A DNA stretch of 64,000 bases from Antedon mediterranea. Its lineage: Eukaryota > Animalia > Echinodermata. The notes under the pieces were generated by a model that had not been told where the DNA came from, did no database searches, and saw only the letters and a list, made by a program, of their open reading frames with translations. Below are positions 12,718 to 24,738 of the stretch, piece after piece. Position numbers and translations under genes: made by a program. The stretch is taken from assembly GCF_964355755.1 (NCBI RefSeq), contig NC_092679.1, positions 16,475,432-16,539,431 on the forward strand. The letters are read 5' to 3'. The stretch's first letter is position 1. Every line of letters begins with the position of its first letter.

Positions 12718-13105
12718 CTATGGAACGCCGTTTACACAACATTTCGATTATATGAATGTTATGACTTGATATGTGAATGAAATGCATCGATATGAATTTC
12801 ATGGCACGATATGAATGTTTTAAATGAAATGCTTTGAATTTAATGTTTTGAATGAAATGTTTTGAATGAAACATGTTTTGAATGAAATATATTTTGAATT
12901 TAATGTTTTGAATGAAATGTTTTGAATAAAATATGTTTTGAATGAAATATTTTGAATGAAATGTTTTGAATGAATTGAATTGGATGCTTTGAAAAGTCAA
13001 ACTATTGAAGGAGTATATCATTCCCGCTCACGATTTTTTTCTTAACCTCTTAAGCCATGGTATCCTCTTCTCCTCTCGAAATGTTGCGTAAACGGCGTTC
13101 CATAG
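12718..13105. mobile_element. inverted-repeat element enclosing a minisatellite of about 14 bp
   Basis: 30-bp IR CTATGGAACGCCGTTTAC(A/G)CAACATTTCGA at 12718-12747 and 13076-13105; interior (TGTTTTGAATGAAA)n. Confidence 0.7.
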
Positions 13106-13136
13106 AAAACAGTTAGGCATACTGTATTGTATTAAA

Positions 13137-13295
13137 TCAGTTCTTCCAATACCGGACACCTTTGGGCTGGCCGAATATGTCTGGTTTTCTGGAAAGTTTG
13201 GTATTCAGAATGTGTTCCTAATGGTAAAAATGAATTTGGGACCGTTTTGGGAGAGTTTCCGGTTTTTAGAGAGTCAGTTATTGTGAGAGTTAATA
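13137..13295 (+). mobile_element. Tc1/mariner-like MITE family E
   Basis: CCAATACCGGACACCTTTGGGCTGGCCGAATATGTCTGG; reverse complement of the 5476-5648 copy. Confidence 0.7.
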
Positions 13296-13999
13296 CTAAA
13301 CTGGTAAATGTTACTCAACTTTCTCAATGCTGTATTATGCTTTATGATTATTATTTAAAATGATTATACATTAAATGGTATCCACATTCTAATGACGATA
13401 CTGACATTATTCCTGTATTTGTGCTTTTTTTTATGAGCACTAAGAATTATTATTCAATATATTATTATCAATATATTATTATTATCACACATGTACAGAA
13501 TTTTATATCAATAAAATTGCTACATTTTATGAGCTATTTTAATTACCTTTTTATGGAAATTATTACTAGTAATAGTACATTGGTACTGTAGTACATAGAA
13601 CAGGAATATATTATCAAAAAAATACTAAAAAATGATGGTAAATAAAAAAATGGTTATTAAATTTCATGATGTTTTTGTAACCTTGTTTTTATCGAGAACA
13701 TCGCAAACATTTGTTGATGGCGTTTAAAATTATGGAAAAGAGCCACACATAAATGCATTAATAACCAACATCTTTTTCTCCATCTGAAGGACGAGTCAAT
13801 GAGAGTGAAGCACTGACATGCCTTTTCACACCTTACTCCGATTCCTTACGATTGCGTCATTTAAACTAAAAACAGAATGCAAAGTAAATGGATCAATAGA
13901 CGTTTGGCAACCTTTGAATATATCATCAACACGTTTAATGACTAACAACACTTTACTATGCGTTTAAGAGCAATAAATATGGACTAGATTCATAATTAG

Positions 14000-14016
14000 A
14001 GGTCATATCAAGGTCA
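14000..14016 (+). promoter_or_regulatory. perfect DR5 nuclear-receptor element (candidate RARE)
   Basis: AGGTCA-TATCA-AGGTCA, directly after TAATTA; motif only, no functional evidence. Confidence 0.4.
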
Positions 14017-14454
14017 TATGGCTATATGCAATTATAATATTAACTTATTAGCTACAAGAATCACCTGCTACAAAAACTGAAAGTTCGCTAATTGTAGACA
14101 TCAAGAACAGGCAATGAAAAATAAGTCTTGTTAGGATTCAAACATTATACGTAATTGTCACACGTCTATTTGTAATTACACTGTACATGTTTTTGTTAAA
14201 TTTTCACATAATCATAATACATTATTAACATGGTATTATAAACATAGTTCAGATACAGTAGGAATAGGCCAATTGTTTTTCCTTCTCGTAGTATAGATTG
14301 ATATGTAGGTTTATATATTTATGCAAATTTCTAAGGATAACCATAAAGCAAGTTCATTCACCATCCGTCTTTATTTACAAGACAAACATATACACAAGAC
14401 GCTCTATAAACAAAGTCTTATTACAAGTCTTTCGGAATGAACAAAATTGTTTAT

Positions 14455-15420
14455 CACGGCAAATGTAGCATAGCCAATGCTACACAATACAATCCCACCT
14501 TATTGTTACACATGTAGCATTAGTAAAAGGTAAAACCTACTGGGGTATGGTATTTTAAAACTGAGCATGTTTGTGGCTTATGAATATTTTTGCCAATGTA
14601 GCATAAAGCGAATGCTACAGAACACAATCCCACCTTATTGTTACACATGTAGCATTAGTAAAAGCTAAAACCTACTGGGGGTATGGTATTTTAAAATGAG
14701 CATATGTCGGTCATGAATATTTTCGCCAATGTAGCATAGCTAATGCTACACAATACCACCTTATTGTTACACATGTAGCATTAGTAAAACCTAAAACCTA
14801 CTGGGGGTATGGTATTTTAAAACTGAGCATGTTTGTGGGTCATGAATATTTTCGCCAATGTAGCATAGCCAATGCTACACAATACCACCTTATTGTTACA
14901 CATGTAGCATTAGTAGAAGGCAAAACCTACTGGGGTATGGTATTTTAAAACTGAGCATCTGTATGTGGGTCATGAATATTTTCGCCAATGTAGCATAGCC
15001 AATGCTACACAATACCACCTTATAGTTACACATGTAGCATTAGTAAAAGCTAAAACCTACTGGGGGTATGGTATTTTAAAACTGAGCATGTATGTGGGTC
15101 ATGAATATTTTCGCCAATGTAGCATAGCCAATGCTACACAATACCACCTTATTTTTACACATGTAGCATTAGTAAAAGCTAAAACCTACTGGAGGTATGG
15201 TATTTTAAAACTGAGCATGTATGTGGGTCATGAATATTTTCGCCAATGTAGCATAGCCAATGCTACACAATACCACCTTATAGTTACACATGTAGCATTA
15301 GTAAAAGGTAAAATACTAGGCGTATGGTATTTTAAAACTGAGCATGTATGTGGGTCATGAATATTTTCGCCAATGTAGCATAGCCAATGCTACCAAACTA
15401 CTGCTACACAATACCATACA
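14455..15420. repeat. 132-bp tandem repeat, about 7 copies
   Basis: 44-aa periodicity in ORF 14965-15360; unit contains the hairpin TGTAGCAT-AGCCA-ATGCTACA. Confidence 0.95.
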
Positions 15421-15452
15421 TGTTATTGCTACACATATCAAATGGTATAGTC

Positions 15453-15490
15453 CATAGATATATTACAGTGAACACTATAATATCTCTATG
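15453..15490. mobile_element. 38-bp palindromic insertion with 7-bp TSD
   Basis: TATAGTC|CATAGATATATTACAGTG-AA-CACTATAATATCTCTATG|TATAGCC; empty paralogous site at 5110-5116. Confidence 0.75.
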
Positions 15491-16888
15491 TATAGCCAAA
15501 AATGAAATAAAAATCATGTTTCCTACTATAATCTAAATTCAGATTGACCAGCAGTTTTAATCAAAATTTGTTATATCAACATTTTTCCTTTTATCATTTA
15601 TAAAAATATAATTTATTATGAAAAAAATAATAATCTTAATATTAATGTAAAGCAATGCATGTATTACCTTATTAGATGTTGATAGTCAACCTACACATTT
15701 TTTGTTCCAAGATAGCTTCAGGTAAACAGAATCATTAATATTAAGCCTAATTGATACCAACCATAAAATTAATCAACAAAATTGTGTTTTTGCTTTTACT
15801 ACTGTATACTAATCTGTCTCTATGACTCAGAAATATTCAGAAAAGAAGGTACATAATCATTTAATAATAATTTATGATGCTACTGGATTAATGGAATAAA
15901 TACATAGACAGAAGAATAGAGACAGTCAATTTCTGCTGCATAACAATGAATAACTATTTGAAAATAGATTGAAAATACATAAAAAGTTTGTGCTTCTAAA
16001 AAAACCATTTACATCATTGGGTGGTTGTCAACAAAAACATTAACAATACCTACAATAAGCATAGGCGGATGCTACTGTAGCATCGGTCAACGGTCAATCA
16101 AATACCGTTATTTTGGGTTGCAGCTAAAAGTAGCACAGCATCAGGTAAAATTTTGTACAAATACCCAATCGATTGGTAAACCGTTACATTTTTCTAAACG
16201 TCTTTTAACCACTTAATTGAAATTTGTCCTGTTTCTGCTGCCAAGGGGTATTTTATTTCTCGCAACAGAAACAGGCCCAAGGAAGCAGACTTGCTATCCT
16301 GTTTGTGGTCTTGGGAGATATTGTACTTTTAGCCACTGTTTAGTCTCATTCTTTGAATAGGATGTTACATCATTAAAACCCTGTGTGAAGTACAAAAGAC
16401 AAAATACAACTATGTACTTTGTTCATATATTGAAAGGGTTCGTCTTTTTATGTGCTAAATATAATGCATCGTGCATAAAAGAAAAGACCTACTGGACTAT
16501 AGTGTTCATGTTATTTTGTTTTATGATGGACCATGGATATTCACCATTGAAAAAATATTAAAATTTGGAAAAATATATTCAATAAACAAGCTATAAGCGG
16601 TAAAAGAATTTATAAAGAATGTACTTTCTCACATATGAATAAAAGTTGATCCATTTATAATTGTATTAAAATATATAAGTATTACAAATTTTAGTAAATT
16701 TTATCTCTGTAAAACAACCCCAAATATGTACAGCTGTAACTATGCATCATATACTGTATTATAACTGATGGATGTGAAAAGCTAGTTACAAAATCATTTA
16801 AAGTCATTCGGTAAATTTTACCAAATGTTTTATGTGTTGAGTGATATAAGCTTTCAATTGTTAACATGTTTTTCTTTTTGTTTTCTAG

Positions 16889-16930
16889 GATTTCATAAAA
16901 GAACTGTTAGAGCGGATAAAGTGCTTGTAG
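16889..16930 (+). CDS. PPP1R14: PPP1R14/CPI-17 family, last coding exon
   Basis: strong pyrimidine tract then TAG acceptor; DFIKELLERIKCL* continues in phase 0 and resembles the family C-terminal helix (FI..LL..IR.L). Confidence 0.78.
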   Translation, partial: DFIKELLERIKCL

Positions 16931-18242
16931 CCGCTGCCGGCACTTAATTGAAAATAAAAACATTTGACAGTTTATGGAATTACAGAAGTTACCTTAACGA
17001 GAAACCCTAACCCACTGATAGTGTTAGATGTGTTAAATGCGTACAGAGTGGATTAAATATTGCGGTGAATGCCAACGCTAATTGCCCATTACTTGACGTC
17101 TGCAAGCAAGATAAATGCGCTACACCAGTTTATTTTGTTATAATTTACAATGCCTGTGACTGAGATTAATTATAAAAGAATTAATTATTCAAAGGCGTTA
17201 TCATACATACAGTCATCGAACTGCAGTTTCGTTTCAGAGTTTAATGGAGAGCCGTAGGTCAATAGGTTTATAATATGCGTTCATATCGCAGTTTTGTTTG
17301 TTCTGAAATTGCAAAATTTAGGCCTACTTGAAAGCACTTTGAAAGTTAATTATTAATCCTGGTTTCGCAAGGTTATCTCTTGACGATAAACACCATGATA
17401 TACAGTACAACTAGTAGTACATGGTAGTTAATGATTAAACAGGTCTGTATGTGTGATTGCATTTTAGGATCATATTGGCCTATTAATATAACATATTAGA
17501 TATCCTAGTGCGTTTCCTGGTGTTTTACCACAGGATGACCAAAGGTCGCTATACTTGACTTTTTAATATTTCATAATGTAGATATTATGACTTTACAACA
17601 TGCTTTATACAAATAGATACATATCTTATTTTATGAATGAATTGTTCATTTTCATCATAAGATGTCTAATTAAACACAGGTTGTAAACTGTTCATTTCCT
17701 TTCTAATTGTGTTCTTGTATACAATATGCAATAACTTCAAGCACTTTGTATTGTATGTAAAGATACAAACTGTAAATAGTCAAGCACGTGCTGTGGCGCT
17801 TACAAAATTGTAAAAATAGTTTCTGTAAGGCGCTTTGTATGAGCATTTACAGTAGTAATGCTAATAAAAAGCAAATAATATATACAATTCTGTAATCCAC
17901 AAAACACCACAGTGCCAAACTGTACAAAAACTGTATGTATCGACCATTTTTAATTGTTTTTAAATTAAGTATTGCATTTTAAAATTTTGCCTTGAATTCA
18001 AGACAATCTTGAAAACGATCTGTATGTAATGTAATTTTGTTTTCAAATTATTACACATACTGTAATACAATTACATGTTGGTGTATTGTAGGATTACCAT
18101 ATTCTGTAATAATTGAGCAGTGGTTAACATATTGAATAGAAAAAGAATGTTAGTTTCACATTCATGAGGATTTGAAATTTTGTTTTGATTAGGGGTTTTA
18201 TTTTAAGCCATTGGCTATTGTGATGTACAAACACGAGAGTAA

Positions 18243-18511
18243 AGCCTGGTTTCCATTAAAATCGCTACAGCGTTTCCATTAAAATCGCTACACGCGCAGA
18301 TGTCGCCGACGCAATCGGGAAGGCTCCCCGATTCATCGCAGTCAAATCGGCAAAGTTCAACCATGTTCAACTTTGCCAATTTTGTCGGCGATGAATCGTA
18401 ATACGCGTACCAAAGAATATTTAGCACTCGCGTACTAGATCCCCGATAAATTCTAGCGTTTCCATAGAATCGCTACGCTCTGTCGTGTAGCGATTTTATG
18501 GAAACCAGGCT
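18243..18511. mobile_element. Harbinger-like MITE family C
   Basis: TAA|AGCCTGGTTTCCAT..AAAATCGCTACA...TGTAGCGATTTTATGGAAACCAGGCT|TAA. Confidence 0.9.
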
Positions 18512-19282
18512 TAATAGTATAGAAGGTGATTTGGCAATTTACAAAGATTGGAATTGCGATTGTAATCGGTCAATTTCGACGAAAAATTCTGTAAATGCCA
18601 CTTTAATTCTGTTAATGCCATACCTAGGGTAAAAACATGCGAACATACTGCTAAGAAAGGAATTGGATAAAACTGCTAAAAAACACCCCAACAAAAATAT
18701 AAAAAACTAGTCAATTTTAATATTGACATTGAGTTAAAATACTTTTTAAAACATCTCTAGCAAAGCCAGGCTATAAAAAATAGTATATTTAACTTAGTAA
18801 GCAAACTGTATTTTATGGATTCATTTTCTAACAGTCCCAGAATGCTATATATGTAAATATTTAACTAGTATTAAATAATAGTGTGTGGTAGTAGAATGCC
18901 AACCATAAAGACAAGATGTTTTAGTGTTTAATGTAAATATTTAATAAAAGAAAAAGAGTGTTTGCTAGGGCATTTCATTTCTATGTGGTACAACACACTA
19001 TGTGTATAGTGCTGTAATATAATACTAACGGTAAACACAGTGCTACTACTAGTCCATGTTAAACTGACGATTACATTTGACCATGATTTTTAAGCACAGG
19101 TAGAGAAATTGCATGGGGTGGGGGAAATGTCCAGATAATAATAAATTCAATGCAATTTTAACTACACTGTACTTGAAAATTCTGATACACATATTCAGTT
19201 TAAAATATGAATCAATTACTCAACTGTTAATGTAATTTCTTATTCGTTCACACCGAACTGTCTAACCAATTTGGTTGACTAA

Positions 19283-19424
19283 AGCTCTGTCTACACTATC
19301 AAACTTTATGCGACAAAAAACGTGATGTGCCCATATATGGACATGATGATGTCATAATATCACTACCATATTTGGGCACATCACACTTTTGTTGTCAAAC
19401 TAGTTTGATAGTGTAGACAGAGCT
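19283..19424. mobile_element. MITE family A
   Basis: perfect 23-bp TIR AGCTCTGTCTACACTATCAAACT with TAA/TTA flanks. Confidence 0.9.
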
Positions 19425-20148
19425 TTAATAAAAGATACACCTTAATTTAATCAACACTTCATACAAATTCTGTATTTTCTAGTTTGATACAATACTGGGA
19501 TTTAGTAATACAGTAGTTTGGATAGAATTGAATCATTTGTACTTTTTTCACTCCAAGAACTGGTTTTATAAACAGACATTATGTCAAATTGTCTACATAC
19601 TGTGATAAATTTATGCATAATTTAGCATAATTTAAACTAAATTGCAGCGAGGCAATCTAATGACCAGCATAGTATGTGGTTCACATATGTGCATATTCAC
19701 AATATATTTTTACTTGAAAACTGGTTCTGAACTATTCAGTAGGCCTATGTCACAAACTCTCAGTGTGTCATGCAGTACAATATTTTAATGCATACAAATA
19801 ATTAAAAGTGTGTTTTTAATAATTGTTGCTTGCAACATGCCTTATCACACCAACTGATGTTAAATGATTCAATGTTCATGACATTTGAAACATGTGATTG
19901 ACTTAAATTTTATAAAATGGTGGAATATGAAAATAAAATGTACAGTATTTATAACAGTACCTTTAAAAATGTAGTGTGAATGACAACATAGTTCACTATT
20001 GCAACACACATTAGCATAAGCAGGAATTAGCGCCAAGCCAAGTAAAACCACTTAAATGGAGGTTTAAGTTTCACAGGTTACTACAGCATGTATTAAAATA
20101 CACAATTTGTTTATATACAGTAGAATCCCTCCTTTGGGTCGCTATATA

Positions 20149-20280
20149 AGCTTGGTTGCTACTAGGATGCTACAAAAGGATGTAAACGCAAGATGGATAA
20201 TTTGAAATGTACTTTTCATTGGTCAACTTGCTTGCATTGTGTATACGTCCTTGCATGGCGTCTCTAGTGGAAATCAAGCT
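20149..20280. mobile_element. MITE family B, decayed copy
   Basis: AGCTTGGTTGCTACTAG...CTAGTGGAAATCAAGCT. Confidence 0.65.
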
Positions 20281-21021
20281 TATTGGGTACAATTTCTTGT
20301 AAAGAAACATAGGAAAATAACGTTTTAACGCTATGGCCAATCCATATTCAAGGGAAACCTCTTTTAGAGGGATGCTTTGTTGGGTCCCCTAGATGTTCTA
20401 TTGTACCTCTGATTTTATTTCATGTTGGTCTACTGATGTTCCTGATTTTATTTGTCCATCACAACTTTTTAAAATTGTCCATTTATCGTTGTTGTTTCTG
20501 TGTTATGGGTAGGTACTGTTTATTTTATAGCCTAAGTTCAACAGATTTGAGGAGTGTTTAAATCCATCCATGTTTACATGTATTGCCTCTCTCCAATTAT
20601 AGACCTCTTATAATTGTATAAACATTTTGGGATAACCAATCCTGTGTGGTCTTTAATTGGGAGAACTACAAAAACTCTGTATGACGATTTTATAACATTT
20701 AAAATTAAGTTAATTTTGACTGACTTGGTGCCATTATTCATTTTGAACTAGTAGTTATTGTTGTTTTTTTTCCGTTTTGGAAAGTTTGTCTTTTTCTTTT
20801 GTCAATTTTCAAGCATGGAATTGTTTGTATTTGTGTATTAGAAGTATTGTTATTATCATATTAAATAAAGTAACGTGATCTAAATTCATGCATTTTACTG
20901 TTTATATCGAATATATTCAAATGTAATTGTTGTCTCAACTTTACTTTACTATACTGTAATTTGCAGATAGACCATGTCAAATTGATTTTACTGCAGCAAC
21001 TACACTTTATTTAATCTTTAA

Positions 21022-21397
21022 AGGCCCATTTACACTAGGACAATAACGATCGACTATAAATAAACAAATATGCATTGTTTATACATAAAACAAAAGAAAT
21101 CTAACAAGTTTTAATTCTAGAATTATTTAGGAACCATCTATGCTTCCTTTAATTAAAATGATATTTTCACACGTCCAATCAAATGAAGTCATAATTAGTA
21201 AGAGCAATAATATCGTGACAATACAAAGAATTTTTTTGTTTTATTGATGTCATTTGATTGGATTTTTTAAAATATTATTTTTTTATCAAGGACAGCATAA
21301 TTGAGTGTTCTATAATTCTAGAACGAAAACCTTTTTAAATTCTTTTTATTCTTATCTATTTATCGTCGATTGTTATCGTCCTAGTGTAAATGGGCCT
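21022..21397. mobile_element. Harbinger-like MITE family D
   Basis: TIR AGGCCCATTTACACTAGGAC with TAA/TTA flanks; related copies near 59770 and 60915. Confidence 0.88.
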
Positions 21398-22071
21398 TTA
21401 ACCTATATTTATGCAATTATTTTGCAAGCTTTTGTGGGTAAAATAACTGTAAATTGCAGTGACATAGACTAAATAGTACGGCGGAAAAAACCAAAATCAT
21501 ACATTATTGCAGTAAAATTAAGTTACTGCAGTACCAGTAGAATAGTTTTGACATGATCCGTAAGTTTCTAAAATTAATGTTTGCGACTACAAAAATATTA
21601 AAACTTATTATAGTAGGAAAAAAAAAACTCTATCACCCTTTTTATCCACTCATCCTAACTACACCAATTATTCCAGATACTAAAAAGGTTTATTGTTTAG
21701 TTGTTGACTTTAAAACCAGGCTGAAATAATTATAATCAATATTTACAGTACTAAAATAACACACAGAAATATTGGAATAGTTTCAGATAGAATTGCCAGT
21801 CATTGCTGCTGTATAGATTTGTTTACATAACACCCAAGTTGCTCATAATTAAATCCAATGACAACATCAAGTGTAAAGGTAGCCGAAGGATTGTAACAAA
21901 GCCTATGTAATTAGCTGTATTGGAACAATTGCATAACCATGGAGAACAGTGTATAACAAAAGGTTGGCAACACAAGAAGCTTTAATATTGTATTCTTTGT
22001 TAGTGAATAATGCAGAAGAAAGATGTGTGTAGATTGAAATATTTTAAAGATATTTGACAAAATTCATCTTA

Positions 22072-22153
22072 AGCTCTGTCTACACTATCAAACGTTATGT
22101 GAACAAAAAAAAACACTTTTTTGTCAAACTAGTTTAATAGTGTGAACAGAGCT
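22072..22153. mobile_element. MITE family A, internally deleted
   Basis: TTA|AGCTCTG...CAGAGCT|TTA. Confidence 0.8.
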
Positions 22154-22247
22154 TTAGATATAAAATTTTGATAAGTAGATTGTTGGAGAAATAGACAAAA
22201 GTATGACACTACTGCACACAGTACATACACTTCCCACCTCTAAAGTT

Positions 22248-22554
22248 AACTTGGTTCCCACAGACGACATAAAGACGTAGACGCAACACAAGCGAGTTGA
22301 CCAATGAGGGGCGACAGCTTGAATAAGCCATCGCTTGTGATTGGTCAGATCATTTGCATTGTGATGTCATCCTAAAGCGTGGTTCTCACTAGCGACGCAA
22401 CACAAGGACGTAACGCAACGCAAGTGAATTTACCAATCACAAGCGATGGCTTATTCGCTTGTGATTGCTAACTGTCCATAACTTCGCTTGTCATTGGTTA
22501 AAACGCTTGCATTGTGTTTACGTCCTTGCGTTACGTTCTAGTGGGAACCAAGCT
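22248..22554. mobile_element. MITE family B composite (truncated copy plus full copy at 22376-22554)
   Basis: TIR AGC(T/G)TGGTTC(C/T)CACTAG..CGCAAC. Confidence 0.85.
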
Positions 22555-23074
22555 CAAAGCACACAAATGTAATATTCCTCTTTATTAAATTACATACATT
22601 TATAGAAGAACTAATATTTTAAATTCTTTATAAAAACATCCAAAATATATCTCCTTGTGAAAGTGCAGCAATGCTATTATGTGTTTGGGAATTAATGACA
22701 ACAGATGTTTATGACCAAAACTGAAAGATATTGAGATAGAAAGCCGATGAGGACTTGTAACATATGTGAATTATAACAATGAATTCAATTATCTAATGCG
22801 GCGGCGGCCTCAGTATACATAATAAAAAGGGCGTCTACGTTCATGCTCATTGAAGGATGAAAAGCCTTTTATAAAGCCATGCACGATTTATTTCTAATCT
22901 ATAATGACATAATTATGGAGCTTATGACAAAACTGATACTTATACTATAGCCATAGAAAAAGAACTTTTGAACTGTGGCACACAGATACTGTATATAATA
23001 GCACATTCAATATAAAAGCATGCTATATGAAAAAAATAATAATAATGTGAAGAAGTTTTATATTAATATTGTCA

Positions 23075-23190
23075 TGTTATGACTTTGTCCTATGCGCTAT
23101 AACTTAAGTCCTATGCATTATGACTGAAGTCCTATGCGCTATGACTTAAGATGCGTTATGACTTAAATCCTATGTGCTATGACTTAAGTC
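23075..23190. repeat. 21-bp minisatellite, about 5 copies
   Basis: unit TATGACTTAAGTCCTATGCGC. Confidence 0.85.
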
Positions 23191-24447
23191 TTCAATTTTC
23201 TTTTTTAAAGTTCAAATGAAATACACTCAGTTGAATGACAATCATACTCTGTTTAAATATCTCTCAAATATTAACAAGAGAGAGAAGAAACACAAGTGCG
23301 CTTTATATGAGCTTACGTCTCTCCTTAAAGTTGCAAAGTGGAAGGAAAGGAGATACAAGAGTAGGTATACTGGATCATCAATGCATTAGCCATCAATAAT
23401 ATTAAAGTATTGTGTATCAACATATATAGGGCGCCGTAACAAATATTTGTTGGTAGCCATAAAATATAATTGATACTAATATGTAATATGTAGGCTTAAA
23501 GATAATATAGAAAATTCTATAATTTTTAAAATATAGGTCATTACAGTATGTAAAAAAGAACATTTACTGTATTAATGGTACTAATCACAAATAAAGCATA
23601 AAGGTATTAATCAAAAAATTGTTAAAATATAAAAAAATTAGTTATCTCCCACTAATAATAATAATAAGTTAGGATAAAAACAAAGGCCCTGGTTGAGGAT
23701 TCCTACACGATACGATACGTTAGACAGTAAGTGGCTCGTCTTGAGGGGTTTTTAGCCATTTTCAACATATTTTAATGCCAGTTTTTTCCTCTGGGCAACG
23801 GCTTAGGGGGCCCCCTTAAGCTGCCCCTGGGTTCAGCCAGTTAGCGCTTATATCCGTTACGCCATTGGAAAAAACCATATTCCATTGTGATTATTTATAG
23901 GACATCATGCACAATAATAATTTATATCATACCAATGAGTCAAAAGAAGAGCATAAACAAAATACTACACTCATTCTATGCAAATAATATTTAAGTTTTA
24001 TAGTTACAATAAAATAATACAGATTATATGAACTTTGATAACCTCTTGTTTCTGTAGCATTCATTGCTTCCTGAATAATAATGCCTACAATACCAAATTG
24101 CGTGGTATAATGTATATACAAACACTACTGTTGTTTCCTTTACTTGTATTACTTCATGTTGTAATATACAACCAAAGCACCTCGTTAAAATTGAATGAGT
24201 AGCTCACTTAAATCTGAATGGTTATACAACCATAGGAGTACTTCCAAGTATTCCCCTTTAAATTCCGTCATTGATTCCTTCAGGAAGTAGGAAGTACAAA
24301 CTTATCCAACAATTTAAGAACTATACAGTGTGGATTAAGTATCGTGGTACACAGAAGAGATGAAGTGGTTTAAGGAAAGAGGAAATGAGTGTGTGAAGGA
24401 AATAATTGAAGGAAGGAAGCATAGAAGGAAGAAAAATAGGCATGTAA

Positions 24448-24738
24448 AGCTCTGTTCACTATCTTTATGTGACAAAAAAATGTGATGTGCCCATACATGG
24501 ACATGATGATGTCATATCACTACCTACCATATTTGGGAATATCGCTACCATATTTGGGAATATACATATTATTTAGATTAACTATCAGTATGTATGGAAA
24601 TGTGCCCATATATGGACATGATGATGTCATATCACTACCATATTTGGGAATATCGCTACCATATTTGGAAATATCGCTACCATATTTGGGCACATCACAC
24701 ATTTTTTGTTAAACTAGTTTGATAGTGTAGATAGAGCT
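24448..24738. mobile_element. MITE family A with internal duplication and captured local sequence
   Basis: family A TIRs; body repeated twice around a foreign segment at 24557-24602. Confidence 0.85.

Noticed and set aside
14455-15420. CRISPR-like reading of the tandem arrays (also 9850, 28785, 35898)
   Set aside because: Units are contiguous with no unique spacers, there are no cas genes, and the context is eukaryotic.
16928-16951. Stop-codon readthrough of PPP1R14 (TAG C, extension PLPALN)
   Set aside because: Weak context and no conservation evidence available.
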